Assembly (NCBI GenBank): GCA_050693895.1
Contig: JBOGWS010000021.1
Span: forward strand, 24,902-88,901
DNA from: Actinomycetota bacterium
Lineage (GTDB): Bacteria; Actinomycetota; CADDZG01; WHSQ01
Length of the DNA stretch: 64,000 bases
Direction: 5' to 3'
Shown: piece after piece, positions 9,410 to 19,164 of the stretch
Position numbering within the stretch: position 1 is the first letter of the stretch
Layout: each line of letters starts with the position of its first letter
The notes under the pieces: generated by a model
The model's input: only the letters and a program-made list of their open reading frames with translations
The model's database searches: none
Told to the model about the DNA's origin: nothing
Translations under genes and position numbers: made by a program

Positions 9410-10588
9410 TCAGTTGCCCATCCACTGTCCCCATGAAAGGACGGTAGCAAGTCCCTCGGCCGCCCACGAGGGCTGAGGCTCCTCGACGCGCGAGCGCGTC
9501 ATCGCGGGTACCCGATCGACGACGCGCTCGCCGGATGTCACGATGACCGATCCAACGACTTCACGGGGAGTCAGCGGAAGGTCGTAGGACGGCGCCGGTT
9601 CGAAGGACACCTCGATGGTGTCGGGCGGAGCGAGGCCGCGCACGGTCCGAGACGCGTGGGCCCGGACCGAGCCGGCGGGATCGAGAACGACCGTGCCCAC
9701 CTCCGCTCCGCGCTGCAGCAGCACGGACCGCCGGAGCCTGGCGAAACCGTAGTCCAGCAGGGCGCTGGAGTCTGCGAAGGCGTCGGCCGAGCGCAGCACG
9801 ACTCCGATGAGCCGGCGCTCGCCGCGCACGGCCGAGGACACGAGAGCGTTCCCCGCCCCGAGCGTGTAGCCGGTCTTGACCCCGATGGACCCCCTGTAAC
9901 TCTCAAGTAGAAGATTACTGTTTTCGATGGTGACGGCTCCTTCGGGTCCCTCGATGGTCGCCTCCGGGCGGGCCACCATCCGTCGCAGCGGGGGCTCCTC
10001 CAGCAGCTCCTCGGCGACGACGGCCAGGTCGGCGGCCGAGGAATAGTGACCCTCGACGTCGAGTCCGTGTGGTGTGACGAAGGCCGTGTGGTCGAGCCCG
10101 AGCCGGCGCGCCTGGTCGTTCATAGTCTCGACGAAGGCGTCTTCGGACTCCGAGACGTGCTCCGCCAGCGCGGAGGCGGCGTCGTTGGAGGACGACAGGA
10201 GCAACGCGGCCAGGAGCGCGTCGACCGACCACACCTCTCCTTGGTTCAAGTCGAACACGCCTCCGCCGGCGTTCGCAGCGTTGGCCGACACCCGGACCTC
10301 CTCCCCCATCACTCCAGCTCTTACCGTCAGCAACGCCGTCATCATCTTGGTGGTGCTCGCGTTGGGCAGCTCGGCGTCGGCGTTGCGCCGAAACAGGGTT
10401 TTTCCGTTATCCGAGATCACCACACAGGCCTCACACCCGACCGAGGGTTGCCGTGGTGGCCGCCGCCTCTCGCCCTCTCTCGTCTGCATGCTCACCAGAG
10501 CCGAGCTGGGGGCGCTCGAAGGTGACACGGGCGACTCGAGGGCGAGCGCCACCAGCAGGATTGCAATAGATAAGCGACTTATCGACAA
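9410..10588 (-). CDS. D-alanyl-D-alanine carboxypeptidase (serine-type, S11 family)
   Basis: SxxK (ASTTK), SxN (SSSND) and KTG (KTGYT) motifs. Track ORF 9410..10786 overlaps the MerR gene. An in-frame TTG at 10588 gives the signal-peptide-like N-terminus (M)SISRLSIAILLVALALESP. Confidence 0.8.
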   Translation of the reverse strand: MSISRLSIAILLVALALESPVSPSSAPSSALVSMQTREGERRRPPRQPSVGCEACVVISDNGKTLFRRNADAELPNASTTKMMTALLTVRAGVMGEEVRVSANAANAGGGVFDLNQGEVWSVDALLAALLLSSSNDAASALAEHVSESEDAFVETMNDQARRLGLDHTAFVTPHGLDVEGHYSSAADLAVVAEELLEEPPLRRMVARPEATIEGPEGAVTIENSNLLLESYRGSIGVKTGYTLGAGNALVSSAVRGERRLIGVVLRSADAFADSSALLDYGFARLRRSVLLQRGAEVGTVVLDPAGSVRAHASRTVRGLAPPDTIEVSFEPAPSYDLPLTPREVVGSVIVTSGERVVDRVPAMTRSRVEEPQPSWAAEGLATVLSWGQWMGN

Positions 10589-10594
10589 ATCGAT
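10576..10594. repeat. palindromic motif copy (GACTTATCGACAAATCGAT) overlapping the probable dac start; adjacent perfect IR GATAAGcgaCTTATC at 10569-10583
   Basis: Read directly. Confidence 0.6.
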
Positions 10595-10617
10595 ATACCT
10601 ACTTGGACAGAAGTGAT

Positions 10618-11340
10618 CTAGAAGAGCTGCTTCATGCTCGTTCTGAGCATGGCATCTCTGATCTGCTGCGACAGCCCGATGAGATCCTGGGACGACTGGG
10701 CCGCCTTCATCTGGCTCGAGGGATCCTTCCTGCGGGCCATCGGCGCCACGATCTGCTCGAAGAACGAAGCCTCGCGATCCGCCCACTGGCGATACATGCG
10801 CAGGTGGCGTGGCTCGAGCCCATAGTCGAGCAGCCGGCGGGCGGCCTTCGCCACCGCAAGATCGTTGCCATCGTAGAAATCGCCGGCCGCGATGAGCCCG
10901 AAGTCCTCGAGTCCCTGCAACTCGTCGTCTGAGAGGCCGGAGGCCTCCGACAGGCCGGTGCGGTCGAGTTGGACGTCGGTGTTGATCCGGGGAGGGGCCT
11001 TCTTGGCAGAGCCGTTGGCCTTAACGGGCACCGAGGTCCCCGACCCGTCCCCCGCCGACTCAATCGCCGGGATGGACCCGCTCGCGTCGGCCTCGGCGAG
11101 TCGCTCTCGGATGACCCTCAGCGGCAGGAACTGCTCCTTTTGCAGCGACAGGATATAGCGGAGACGGGCGACGTCCGGATCGTAGAACTTGCGGTATCCA
11201 GATCCCGTCCGTTCCGGGTTGATCAAGCCCTCGGACTCGAGGAACCGGATCTTCGAGATGCTGACGTCGGGAAAATCGACCTTGATGGCCTCGAGTACCT
11301 CCCCGATGCTCAGGTAATCGCGGGACCTCGATAGCGGCAT
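10618..11340 (-). CDS. MerR family transcriptional regulator (Rv1828/FtsR-like)
   Basis: HTH LSIGEVLEAIKVDFPDVSISKIRFLESEGLINPERTGSGYRKFYDPDVARLRYIL. Lies directly downstream of the FHA gene, as in the conserved actinobacterial locus. Confidence 0.85.
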   Translation of the reverse strand: MPLSRSRDYLSIGEVLEAIKVDFPDVSISKIRFLESEGLINPERTGSGYRKFYDPDVARLRYILSLQKEQFLPLRVIRERLAEADASGSIPAIESAGDGSGTSVPVKANGSAKKAPPRINTDVQLDRTGLSEASGLSDDELQGLEDFGLIAAGDFYDGNDLAVAKAARRLLDYGLEPRHLRMYRQWADREASFFEQIVAPMARRKDPSSQMKAAQSSQDLIGLSQQIRDAMLRTSMKQLF

Positions 11341-11342
11341 CT

Positions 11343-11810
11343 CTACCCTCCCGAGAGGAACACGAGCTTGAACTTGCCGATCTGGACCTCGTCCCCCGAC
11401 CGCAGATCGGCCGACTCGACCCGTTCGCGGTTGCTATAGGTCCCGTTGAGGCTTCCGACATCGTGCAGTGAGAACGACTCGCCCGCCCTGCGGATCTCGG
11501 CGTGACGCCGGGACACCGTGATGTCGTCGAGGAAGATCTCGCTTTCGGGGTGGCGGCCGATAGATGTTGTGTCGGAGTCGATGAAGAACTTGCTCCCGGC
11601 GTTGGGGCCACGTTTGACGATCAGGACCCCTCGTCCACCCTCGAGCTCGTCCGGCGAGACGTGAACCTCCTCGTCCAGATCCGCCTCGAGCTCACCGGGC
11701 ATGAACGTGATCGTCGTATCGGAGTTCTTGGCGTCGGCCAGCGGCGCGCCACAGGACGAGCAGAAGTTGGCGCCCTCGGGGTTCTTGTGACCACAGTTCG
11801 TGCAGTACAT
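11343..11810 (-). CDS. FHA domain protein with N-terminal zinc ribbon (GarA/OdhI-like position)
   Basis: CTNCGHKNPEGANFCSSCG zinc-ribbon motif. FHA core SIGRHPESEIFLDDITVSRRHAEI...SLNGTYSN. Confidence 0.85.
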   Translation of the reverse strand: MYCTNCGHKNPEGANFCSSCGAPLADAKNSDTTITFMPGELEADLDEEVHVSPDELEGGRGVLIVKRGPNAGSKFFIDSDTTSIGRHPESEIFLDDITVSRRHAEIRRAGESFSLHDVGSLNGTYSNRERVESADLRSGDEVQIGKFKLVFLSGG

Positions 11811-11819
11811 GGGCGTGAA

Positions 11820-11847
11820 GCTATACCGCTACTTTAGGGTTAGTCAA
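11820..11847 (-). promoter_or_regulatory. putative promoter of the FHA gene, possibly leaderless
   Basis: Minus strand reads TTGACT-N18-TAGCTT-cacgccc-ATG (alternative: N16-TATAGC). There is no SD before the ATG at 11810. Confidence 0.4.
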
Positions 11848-11882
11848 GCGGAAGCGCGAGCCCCCGGTGCGGGCCACGCCGG

Positions 11883-12260
11883 CTACTCCGTCAGCTTTCC
11901 GTAGGCCTCGGCGTCCATCATCTCGCCCAGGCCCCCGTTCGCCGGTTCGATGATTACCAGCCATCCCTTGCCGTAGGGATCCGAGTTGATCAACTCCGGG
12001 TTCTGCTCGACCTCGAGGTTCTTCTCCACCACTCTGCCGGTCACCGGGCTGTAGACGTCCGACACCGACTTCGTCGACTCGACCTCTCCGAGCGGTTCGC
12101 CCGCGGTGACCTCGGAGCCGGGCTCGGGCAGGCCGACGAACACCACGTCGCCCAACTGATCCTGCGCGTAGTAGGTGATCCCGACCAGGACGCGACCCCC
12201 ATCGTCCTTCGCCCACTCGTGCTCGGCCGTGTACTGCCTGTCATCCGGCAGTTGCGTCAC
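11883..12260 (-). CDS. gcvH: glycine cleavage system H protein
   Basis: Lipoyl-lysine motif EVESTKSVSDVYSPVTG. 125 aa. GTG start with AAAGGAG upstream. Confidence 0.9.
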   Translation of the reverse strand: MTQLPDDRQYTAEHEWAKDDGGRVLVGITYYAQDQLGDVVFVGLPEPGSEVTAGEPLGEVESTKSVSDVYSPVTGRVVEKNLEVEQNPELINSDPYGKGWLVIIEPANGGLGEMMDAEAYGKLTE

Positions 12261-12310
12261 CCGGATCTCCTTTCGCCTCGCTCACGATCTCTCTCAAGAC
12301 CTCATCATCA

Positions 12311-12327
12311 ACATGTCGACAAATCGT
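12311..12327. repeat. palindromic motif copy (ACATGTCGACAAATCGT) upstream of gcvH
   Basis: Read directly. On the minus strand it is immediately preceded by TTGACG (12325-12330). Confidence 0.6.
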
Positions 12328-14846
12328 CAAGCCGACTCGTCGACAGCCTTCGCCACGACCAGCTCGACGAGGTCAGCGTAGTCCTCTGCCAGCGTCGTCG
12401 CCTCGTGCTCCGACGACGCCTCGGCCCAGATCGTGCACTGAGGCTCGTCCGGGGAGGGAATGACGAGAACCCAGCGATCATCCTCGACGATCTTGACGCC
12501 GTCGAGGAGCACCTGCCGGCCACGCTTGGCTCGCATAGCGACCTCACGCATTACCGTCCCCTTCTGCTGCCAGGGAGTTCTAACCGTCCGCCTGACTAGG
12601 TGACTGTCGGGCAGCGCCCCGAGCAGGTCGGACAGCGGCTTGCCCGCGGTGACCCTCAGCTCGAGCGCCTTGCAGAAGGTCATCATCGCATCGGGGGCAG
12701 GCATGAAATCGGGCCAGATCAGCGTGCCCTCCGAGTCCCCCGCAAAATCGACCTCTACCTGCTGAGCCTGAGCCATGAGAGCGGGGAGTCCTGTCGGCGT
12801 CCACTGCATCGGCACACCGGCATCCACGGCTATCCGCTCCGCCCCGAACGGCGCCGAAACGGGAACGGCTACCATGCGCGCCCCTCTGTGTGCCTCGTGC
12901 TGGAGAAAGGCCAACAGCGCTTGTTCCTGCGTCACGGGGTTGCCCCGGTCGTCGATGAGGTGCGCCATCTCCCCTCCCGGTTCGAGGACCACCCCCAGGT
13001 CCGAGCCGGACTTCCTCACGTGCTCGCTGACGGTCTCGATCAGCCGGTGGATCTCGGCGCTGCCGAGGACCGGTCTGTGCTCGTCGGTGAACGCATTGAC
13101 CGACAGGGCCTGGACTCCCAGGCGCCCGAGGACCGAGGCCCCCACCCGGGACGCCGCCCCGTACGCGTAGTCGATCACGACCTTCAGGTGTGCCGACCTG
13201 ATGACGTCGAGCTCGACCGATTTGAGGAGCCCCGTGGCGTAGCCGCCCAGGGCGTGGGCCGGAAACTCCAGCTCTCCGAGCCGCAGAGCCCCCGGCCTCC
13301 GAAAATCCTCACGGAAGAAGGCCCTGTCGATCTTCCGCTGTGTGGTCTCGTCGATATCGGCCCCCTCCGAGTCGAACAGCCGTATCTGAACGACCTCCGA
13401 GTCCTGGTTGGACGTCCTGACGCTGATGCCCCCGGCGGCCTGCTCGGTGCGCACGGTGAAGCGCGTGACCGGCAACGCCATCAGCTCGAGGTCGTGACAG
13501 GTGACCCCCGTCGAGGTCAGCCCCGCGATGAGGGCTCGCTTTATCGTGCGCGCTGCGCGGCTGGCGTCGCGACCCAGCACCACGGTGCTGTTGCGCGGAA
13601 GCATCGTCCCGTACGCCATCCCCAGACGCACTGCGACCTGAGGCGTCATCCCGATGTTGACCAGGCCCGACACGCCTCTCGCCCCGAAGAGGCTGCGGCT
13701 CGCCTTGCGCTCGTGGACGATGCTCTCGGTCACGATGGCCCCGGCCTCAACCGTCCGCAAAGGGTAAACTTTCACTCGAGGTTTGATCAATGCACCGGCG
13801 CCCACCACCACCTCGTCGCCGAGGACCGCGCCTTCCTCCACCGTCGATGACCGGTCGAGAGATGAGCCCCGACCCACAACCGACCCCCGCACCTGTGACC
13901 CCGGGCCCACGTGCGCCGCATCCATCACTACTCCCCCCATGACCGACGCCTCCGCCCCCACGATCGCGTGATCGCCGATGACCGCTCCGCCCCCGATGCG
14001 CGCGTTCGGTCCCACGCGGCAGTTGTCGCCGATCACCGCAGGGCTCGCGATGACGGCCGAATCATCGATGTCGACGTCCTCACCGACCCAGACGCGCGGC
14101 TCTAGCTCGAATCCGGGGATGTCGACCTCGACTCTGCCTTCGACGGCGTCGAGCTGCGCCTGCAGATAGGCCTCCGCGTTCCCGACGTCGGTCCAGTAGT
14201 TGTCGGTGATGAAACCGAATATGGGAAGGCCGTCGGCCAGCATCCGGGGAAAGAGCTCGGCGGAGAAGTCGTAGGGACGATCGTCCGGGATGAGGTCCAG
14301 CACTTCGGGCTCTAGGACGTAGATGCCGGTGTTGACGGCATCCGAGAAGACCTGACCCCAGGATGGCTTCTCGAGAAAGCGCTCGATCCTGCCCTCGGGC
14401 GATGTCATGACGATCCCGAACTCCAGGGGGTCCTGCATGCGCTTCAAGACCAGAGTCGCCGCCGCCCGGCGCTCTTGATGCCACGCGAGAACTCGACCGA
14501 GATCCAGATCGGTCAACGCGTCACCGGAGATGACGAGGAAACGTCCCTCGATCAGGTCGCGCGCCCCCAAAACCGAACCGGCGGTCCCAAGAGGCACGTC
14601 CTCGGTGGCGTAGGCTAGAGAGACGCCCATGTCGGAGCCATCGTCGAAATAGTTGCGGATGACCGAGGATAGGAACTGCACCGTGGCGACGACATCGGTG
14701 ATTCCATTGCGCCGCAGGAGGCCGAGGATGTGCTCCATCAGGGGTCGGTTCGCCACGGGGAGCATCGGTTTCGGCAGGTTGCTCGTAAGTGGCCTGAGCC
14801 GCGTGCCCTCGCCCCCGGCCATGACCACCGCCTGGACGTCGCTCAC
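12327..14846 (-). CDS. fused sugar-phosphate nucleotidyltransferase / left-handed beta-helix / phosphohexomutase (ManC-ManB-like)
   Basis: N-terminal VMAGGEGTRLRPLTSNLPKPMLPV (NTP-transferase G-loop), central hexapeptide repeats, C-terminal PGM/PMM-like region. GTG at 14846 with GGAGGAGAGAGG SD and a GTGA overlap with the upstream gene. Track extension to 15026 rejected. Confidence 0.75.
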   Translation of the reverse strand: MSDVQAVVMAGGEGTRLRPLTSNLPKPMLPVANRPLMEHILGLLRRNGITDVVATVQFLSSVIRNYFDDGSDMGVSLAYATEDVPLGTAGSVLGARDLIEGRFLVISGDALTDLDLGRVLAWHQERRAAATLVLKRMQDPLEFGIVMTSPEGRIERFLEKPSWGQVFSDAVNTGIYVLEPEVLDLIPDDRPYDFSAELFPRMLADGLPIFGFITDNYWTDVGNAEAYLQAQLDAVEGRVEVDIPGFELEPRVWVGEDVDIDDSAVIASPAVIGDNCRVGPNARIGGGAVIGDHAIVGAEASVMGGVVMDAAHVGPGSQVRGSVVGRGSSLDRSSTVEEGAVLGDEVVVGAGALIKPRVKVYPLRTVEAGAIVTESIVHERKASRSLFGARGVSGLVNIGMTPQVAVRLGMAYGTMLPRNSTVVLGRDASRAARTIKRALIAGLTSTGVTCHDLELMALPVTRFTVRTEQAAGGISVRTSNQDSEVVQIRLFDSEGADIDETTQRKIDRAFFREDFRRPGALRLGELEFPAHALGGYATGLLKSVELDVIRSAHLKVVIDYAYGAASRVGASVLGRLGVQALSVNAFTDEHRPVLGSAEIHRLIETVSEHVRKSGSDLGVVLEPGGEMAHLIDDRGNPVTQEQALLAFLQHEAHRGARMVAVPVSAPFGAERIAVDAGVPMQWTPTGLPALMAQAQQVEVDFAGDSEGTLIWPDFMPAPDAMMTFCKALELRVTAGKPLSDLLGALPDSHLVRRTVRTPWQQKGTVMREVAMRAKRGRQVLLDGVKIVEDDRWVLVIPSPDEPQCTIWAEASSEHEATTLAEDYADLVELVVAKAVDESA

Positions 14847-15436
14847 GCTCCTCTCTCCTCCGGGGCTTGTGCCGGTGCGACCGTCGCTTTGATCCTCGAA
14901 TAGGCGTCGCGCGCATACATCCCTGCGGACACGTAGTACAGGATGGCGCCGGCCACCACGAACACCATCCCGACGATCGCGGAGAACGTCGCCCACTCGA
15001 AATCCGTCTCCGATACGGCGAGCCACGTAAGACCGAAGAGCAGAGAGGCGGTGGCCGTCTTGCCCATGAAACTCACCTGGATCCGGCCCACGCCGCGGCG
15101 CTCGAAGAGAGGCCAGACCCCCAGGAGCACGACGTCACGAAGAACGATGGCGGCCGCGAGCCACCAGGGAAGGGCGTCGACGGCGACGAGAGCCAGCGCA
15201 AGGGCGACGATGAAGACCCTGTCGGCAAGCGGGTCAAGGAGCTTCCCAAGCTCGGTGACCTGCCCCAGCCGGCGTGCCAGATACCCGTCGAAGAAATCGG
15301 TCCACGCGCCCGCTCCGTAGAGAACCACGGCCGCCGTCTCGCGACCGGTTACGAAGAGGTACAGAAAAACGGGGACGATGGCGAGTCGAATCATCGAGAG
15401 AACATTCGGAACCGTGAGAACCCGATTGGTCACCAC
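14843..15436 (-). CDS. CDP-alcohol phosphatidyltransferase family protein (PgsA-like)
   Basis: Motif DFFDGYLARRLGQVTELGKLLDPLADR. Track ORF to 15598 would overlap the tRNA gene. GTG at 15436 is preceded by GGAGGG. Confidence 0.8.
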   Translation of the reverse strand: MVTNRVLTVPNVLSMIRLAIVPVFLYLFVTGRETAAVVLYGAGAWTDFFDGYLARRLGQVTELGKLLDPLADRVFIVALALALVAVDALPWWLAAAIVLRDVVLLGVWPLFERRGVGRIQVSFMGKTATASLLFGLTWLAVSETDFEWATFSAIVGMVFVVAGAILYYVSAGMYARDAYSRIKATVAPAQAPEERGA

Positions 15437-15510
15437 GGCCCCCTCCGTAAATCGTCTGTCGATATACACCCTCTGCGCCGATGCCACAGGTGCCGGCCCG
15501 TTCTTCGGAG

Positions 15511-15585
15511 TCGGGACGGCCGGATTTGAACCGGCGACCCCTGGTCCCCCAGACCAGTGCGCTAACCAAGCTGCGCCACGTCCCG
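15511..15585 (-). tRNA. tRNA-Pro (anticodon GGG)
   Basis: Hand-folded cloverleaf. Acceptor CGGGACG/CGTCCCG, D stem GCGC/GCGC, anticodon stem CTGGT/ACCAG with loop CTGGGGG, T stem GCCGG/CCGGC with loop TTCAAAT. 75 nt, CCA not encoded. Confidence 0.9.
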
Positions 15586-15631
15586 AAGCGGTCATCATAA
15601 ACCGGGGGCGTTTAAAAACCCCTCCCGACTA

Positions 15632-15651
15632 CTTATCTACAAATTGATAAG
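15632..15651. repeat. inverted repeat CTTATCtacaaattGATAAG in tRNA-Pro/der spacer
   Basis: Read directly. A third GATAAG lies about 20 nt further on. Mirrors the GATAAGcgaCTTATC element at 10569-10583. Confidence 0.5.
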
Positions 15652-15830
15652 ACTCTTCATTGCCAAGTGGATAAGGGGATGTGTGTGCAAGTCGACGAGG
15701 ACGATCGCTGGTGGTTCCTTGCGAGATCGACCCCACTTCCCGACACGGCAACCGGTCCGCCGGCGTCGTGCGCCTTCCTGGACTCAACTCCTCGATCCCC
15801 GTCGACCCCAATGCCTGGTCGGAGCCTAAT

Positions 15831-17180
15831 CTAACCTTTACTCTCACGTCTAGACTTTACGCGCACCTCTATCCGCAGTGGGCTCCCGGGGAACGCCTCG
15901 GTCGCCCTCAACCCTTTCTCGAGGTAGCGGCGGTAGCCGGTCTCGAGCCGGCCGTTGCTGAACACCACCACCGTGGGCGGAGACGATTCCGCTTGCACCG
16001 CATAGAGAATGCGAATGGCCCGACCGTCGATCCGCGGGTGCGGCTGCTGGGCCTGGGCATCGCGCACCAACCGGTTCACGAGCGCGGTGGGCAGACGACG
16101 ACGGTGAGACTCGATGGCCTCCGCCAGCTTCGGACCCAGCTTGTCGACCCCCCTGCCCGACAGGGCGTTCGTTCGGACGTAAGTCGCCCACGGGAGAAAG
16201 CGAAGTTTCTGAACGACGGCGTCCTCGACCCTCTTGCGGTCTGTCTCCTCGCGCGGAATCTTGTCCCACTTGTTCAACGCGATGACACACGCCCGCCCGT
16301 GCTCGACGATCTCTTGCGCGAGGTGTTGATCGTGGGTCGTGACCCCCTCCCCCACATCGATGACGAGCAGTGCCGCATCCACCCGTGAGAGCGTGCGGCG
16401 AGAGCGGAGCAGGCTGAAGTACTCGATCGGGTCCTTGATCTGAACCTGCCGGCGCATTCCGGCCGTGTCCACGATTCGCAGGGGCCGGCCGTCGGGCAGC
16501 TCGATGTGCGCGTCGACGGGATCTCTGGTCGTCCCGGGAATCGAGTCCACGATCGAACGCTCCTTCCCGGTCAGGGCATTGAGAATCGAGGACTTGCCGA
16601 CGTTGGGGCGTCCGATGATTGCCACCGCGCCCCAGGCATCGCTGGTGTCCCGATCGACTTCGGGCAGCGCGGCGACGAGGGCCTCCAGGAAGTCGCCCGA
16701 GCCGCGCCCGTGCAACGCCGACAGCGGTTGTGGCTCGCCGAGTCCCAGTCTGAAGAAGGCTGCAGCCAGAGGTTCGTCGGCGGGGTCGTCCACTTTGTTG
16801 GCCGCCACGACGACCGGCTTTCCCGACTTGCGCAGCAGGTCGGCGACGATGAGATCGTCTTGGTTCGGCCCGACCGAGGCGTCCACCACGAGAACAATGG
16901 CGTCGGCCGATTCGATCGCAACCTGCGCCTGCTCGGCAACTCGGGCGTCCAGCCCGTCCGCTCCAGGCTCGAGCCCACCCGTGTCCACCACCTCGAAGGA
17001 GCGCCCGTTCCACTCGGTCGCGAAGTGCTTCCGGTCGCGAGTCACGCCCGGCATCTCCTCGACGATCGCCTCGCGGCGCCCGAGAATGCGGTTCACGAGC
17101 GACGACTTACCTACGTTGGGCCGGCCGACTATCGCGACGACCGGCATCCCGGAGCGGGTCTCAGCGTTCATCGATCGCAC
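15831..17180 (-). CDS. der: ribosome-associated GTPase Der (EngA)
   Basis: Two G domains, each with GRPNVGKSS and DTAG/DTGG motifs, plus a C-terminal KH-like region. The start could also be the ATG at 17147 ([15 protein letters not shown]). Confidence 0.9.
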   Translation of the reverse strand: MRSMNAETRSGMPVVAIVGRPNVGKSSLVNRILGRREAIVEEMPGVTRDRKHFATEWNGRSFEVVDTGGLEPGADGLDARVAEQAQVAIESADAIVLVVDASVGPNQDDLIVADLLRKSGKPVVVAANKVDDPADEPLAAAFFRLGLGEPQPLSALHGRGSGDFLEALVAALPEVDRDTSDAWGAVAIIGRPNVGKSSILNALTGKERSIVDSIPGTTRDPVDAHIELPDGRPLRIVDTAGMRRQVQIKDPIEYFSLLRSRRTLSRVDAALLVIDVGEGVTTHDQHLAQEIVEHGRACVIALNKWDKIPREETDRKRVEDAVVQKLRFLPWATYVRTNALSGRGVDKLGPKLAEAIESHRRRLPTALVNRLVRDAQAQQPHPRIDGRAIRILYAVQAESSPPTVVVFSNGRLETGYRRYLEKGLRATEAFPGSPLRIEVRVKSRRESKG

Positions 17181-17820
17181 GGGAGGCCGCGCCGACTATC
17201 TCGTCGACGATCGTTTCGACGTCTTTTCCCGTGGAATCGACTTCCACGGCGTCGTTCGCTTTCACGAAGGGCGAAGCCTTGCGTCCTGCGTCGGCCCGGT
17301 CCCGCTCCTCGATGGTTTGCGACAGCTCCTTCAGGGATTCCTCATCGGTGGCCAAACCAAGTTGACGGGCGCGTCGCAGCGCGCGTTCCTCTTTGGAAGC
17401 AGTGAGAAAGATCTTGACGTCTGCGGCCGGAACGACGGCGGAGCCGATGTCTCTCCCCTCCATGACCAGGTCTCCCGCCTCCGCCCGAGCGCGCTGCATC
17501 GCCGCCATGGCGCGGCGAACCCCATCGACCGCTGCGACCTTTGACACGGCCGCGGTGACATCCGGCCCCCGTATGACCTCCGAAACGTCTCGTCCATTCA
17601 GTTTGACGACGTCCCCCCGGAGATCGATATCGGCTAAATCGGCGAGTGCCGTCAGAGCGTCGGTGTCCTCGAGGTCCACTCCACTCTCGAGCGCGGCGAG
17701 GGCGAGGGCCCGGTACATGGCTCCGGTATCGAGGTACTCGAAGCCGAGACGGTCTGCGACCGCGCGGGCAATCGTGCTCTTGCCTGCTCCCGCGGGGCCG
17801 TCGATCGCGATGACGCTCAC
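17161..17820 (-). CDS. cmk: (d)CMP kinase
   Basis: [40 protein letters not shown] overlap with the aroA stop at 17817-17820. Confidence 0.9.
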   Translation of the reverse strand: MSVIAIDGPAGAGKSTIARAVADRLGFEYLDTGAMYRALALAALESGVDLEDTDALTALADLADIDLRGDVVKLNGRDVSEVIRGPDVTAAVSKVAAVDGVRRAMAAMQRARAEAGDLVMEGRDIGSAVVPAADVKIFLTASKEERALRRARQLGLATDEESLKELSQTIEERDRADAGRKASPFVKANDAVEVDSTGKDVETIVDEIVGAASRAIDER

Positions 17821-19130
17821 CCGTATCTCCCCTGTGCACGCCCCAGCAGGTCAAGAAACTCGGGGAACGAGGTGCCGACACTGTTCCAACCCCTCACCAC
17901 GACCGGCTCCTCGGAGCGCAAGCCCGCCACCGCGAAGGCCATCGCGGTGCGGTGGTCGCCGTGCGAGTCCACCTCTGAACCGGTGAACACCGAGGGCCCC
18001 TGGATCCGCATCCCATCTGGTAGCGGTTTGCAGTCGACCCCGAGCTTCCGAAGTCCCGTGCACATGACTTCGATCCGATCCGACTCCTTGACACGCAGCT
18101 CCTGGGCGTTGCGGATGAGCGTCTCTCCCTCGGCACAGGAGGCCAGCACGGCAATCACCGGAAGTTCGTCGATCAGCGTGGATATCTCCTTGCCTTCGAT
18201 GGTCGTTCCGGTTAGCTCCGAGCCGCGCACACTCACATCCCCGAAGGGCTCGCCGAAGCGTTCCCCGCCGACCTTCACCTCGATCTCCGCCCCCATCCGG
18301 GACATCACGTCCAAGAGTCCCGCCCGGCTCGGATTCAGCCCCAGATTGGTGACCGTCAGATCGGAACCCGCGACGATCGCCGCGGCCGCGAGAAGGAACG
18401 CGGCTGACGAGATGTCCCCCGGGACCTCCCAGGCCATTGCCGACAGGATGTGAGCGGGTTCGATCTCGACTCGGTTGCCCTGGACACGAAGCTTCGCTCC
18501 CGTGGCCGCGAGCATCCGCTCGGTGTGATCTCGACTCGAACCCGGCTCGATGAGCGTCGTGGGCCCGGTGGCTTGGAGTCCTGCGAGCAGAACGGCGGTC
18601 TTTACCTGCGCGCTCGCAACCTGTAACTCCAGATCGGCGCCCGACAGATCGCCCCCCCTGATGGCAAGGGGGGCCCGGTCACCGAGGTGACGGCCGTCGA
18701 TCTGCGCGCCCATCTGCCGCAGCGGGGCGACCACTCTCAACATGGGCCGGCGGAGAAGACTGGCGTCCCCCGTCACCACCGAGAGACCATCGACTCCCGC
18801 GCAGAGGCCGAGGATCGTGCGCAACGTGGTCCCGGAGTTCCCCGCGTCGAGAACACGCCCGGGCTCCATCAGGCCCCCGATTCCCCGACCCTCAACCTCA
18901 ACCTGATAGTTTGTTTCGTTGACGGTGGTGGCGACTCCGAGCAGCTCGAGTATGGATGCAGTCGCGCGACAGTCCTCGCCCAGGTTGGCGTTGCTAACGA
19001 GCGATCGTCCGCTCGTGAGGCTCGAGATCATGAGCGCCCTGTGGGTGATCGACTTGTCGCCCGGGACCTCGATCGTTCCCCGAAGAGGCGCCGAGGCGGG
19101 CGAGGTGCTCCACAGTCGTCTTATCGACAT
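17817..19130 (-). CDS. aroA: 3-phosphoshikimate 1-carboxyvinyltransferase (EPSP synthase)
   Basis: 437 aa. LRGTIEVPGDKSITHRALM N-terminal signature, LGNSGTT-like DAGNSGTTLR, and DHRTAMAFAVAGL near the C-terminus. Confidence 0.9.
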   Translation of the reverse strand: MSIRRLWSTSPASAPLRGTIEVPGDKSITHRALMISSLTSGRSLVSNANLGEDCRATASILELLGVATTVNETNYQVEVEGRGIGGLMEPGRVLDAGNSGTTLRTILGLCAGVDGLSVVTGDASLLRRPMLRVVAPLRQMGAQIDGRHLGDRAPLAIRGGDLSGADLELQVASAQVKTAVLLAGLQATGPTTLIEPGSSRDHTERMLAATGAKLRVQGNRVEIEPAHILSAMAWEVPGDISSAAFLLAAAAIVAGSDLTVTNLGLNPSRAGLLDVMSRMGAEIEVKVGGERFGEPFGDVSVRGSELTGTTIEGKEISTLIDELPVIAVLASCAEGETLIRNAQELRVKESDRIEVMCTGLRKLGVDCKPLPDGMRIQGPSVFTGSEVDSHGDHRTAMAFAVAGLRSEEPVVVRGWNSVGTSFPEFLDLLGRAQGRYG

Positions 19131-19164
19131 GGATGATTGTCTACTTGTCTACTCATTGCCTTCT

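Noticed and set aside
15511-15585. tRNA-Pro as a genomic-island insertion site
   Set aside because: Both flanks carry core genes (pgsA-like, der). No duplicated tRNA 3' segment or integrase was found.
14843-15598. N-terminal extensions of track ORFs (also 3150-5024, 12327-15026, 22107-23045, 38459-39865, 46544-48763, 57760-59172, 62418-63323, 50540-52048, 49171-50052)
   Set aside because: The extensions overlap upstream genes or the tRNA and are compositionally junk-like. In-frame internal starts reproduce canonical family N-termini, often with SD sequences or NTGA overlaps.
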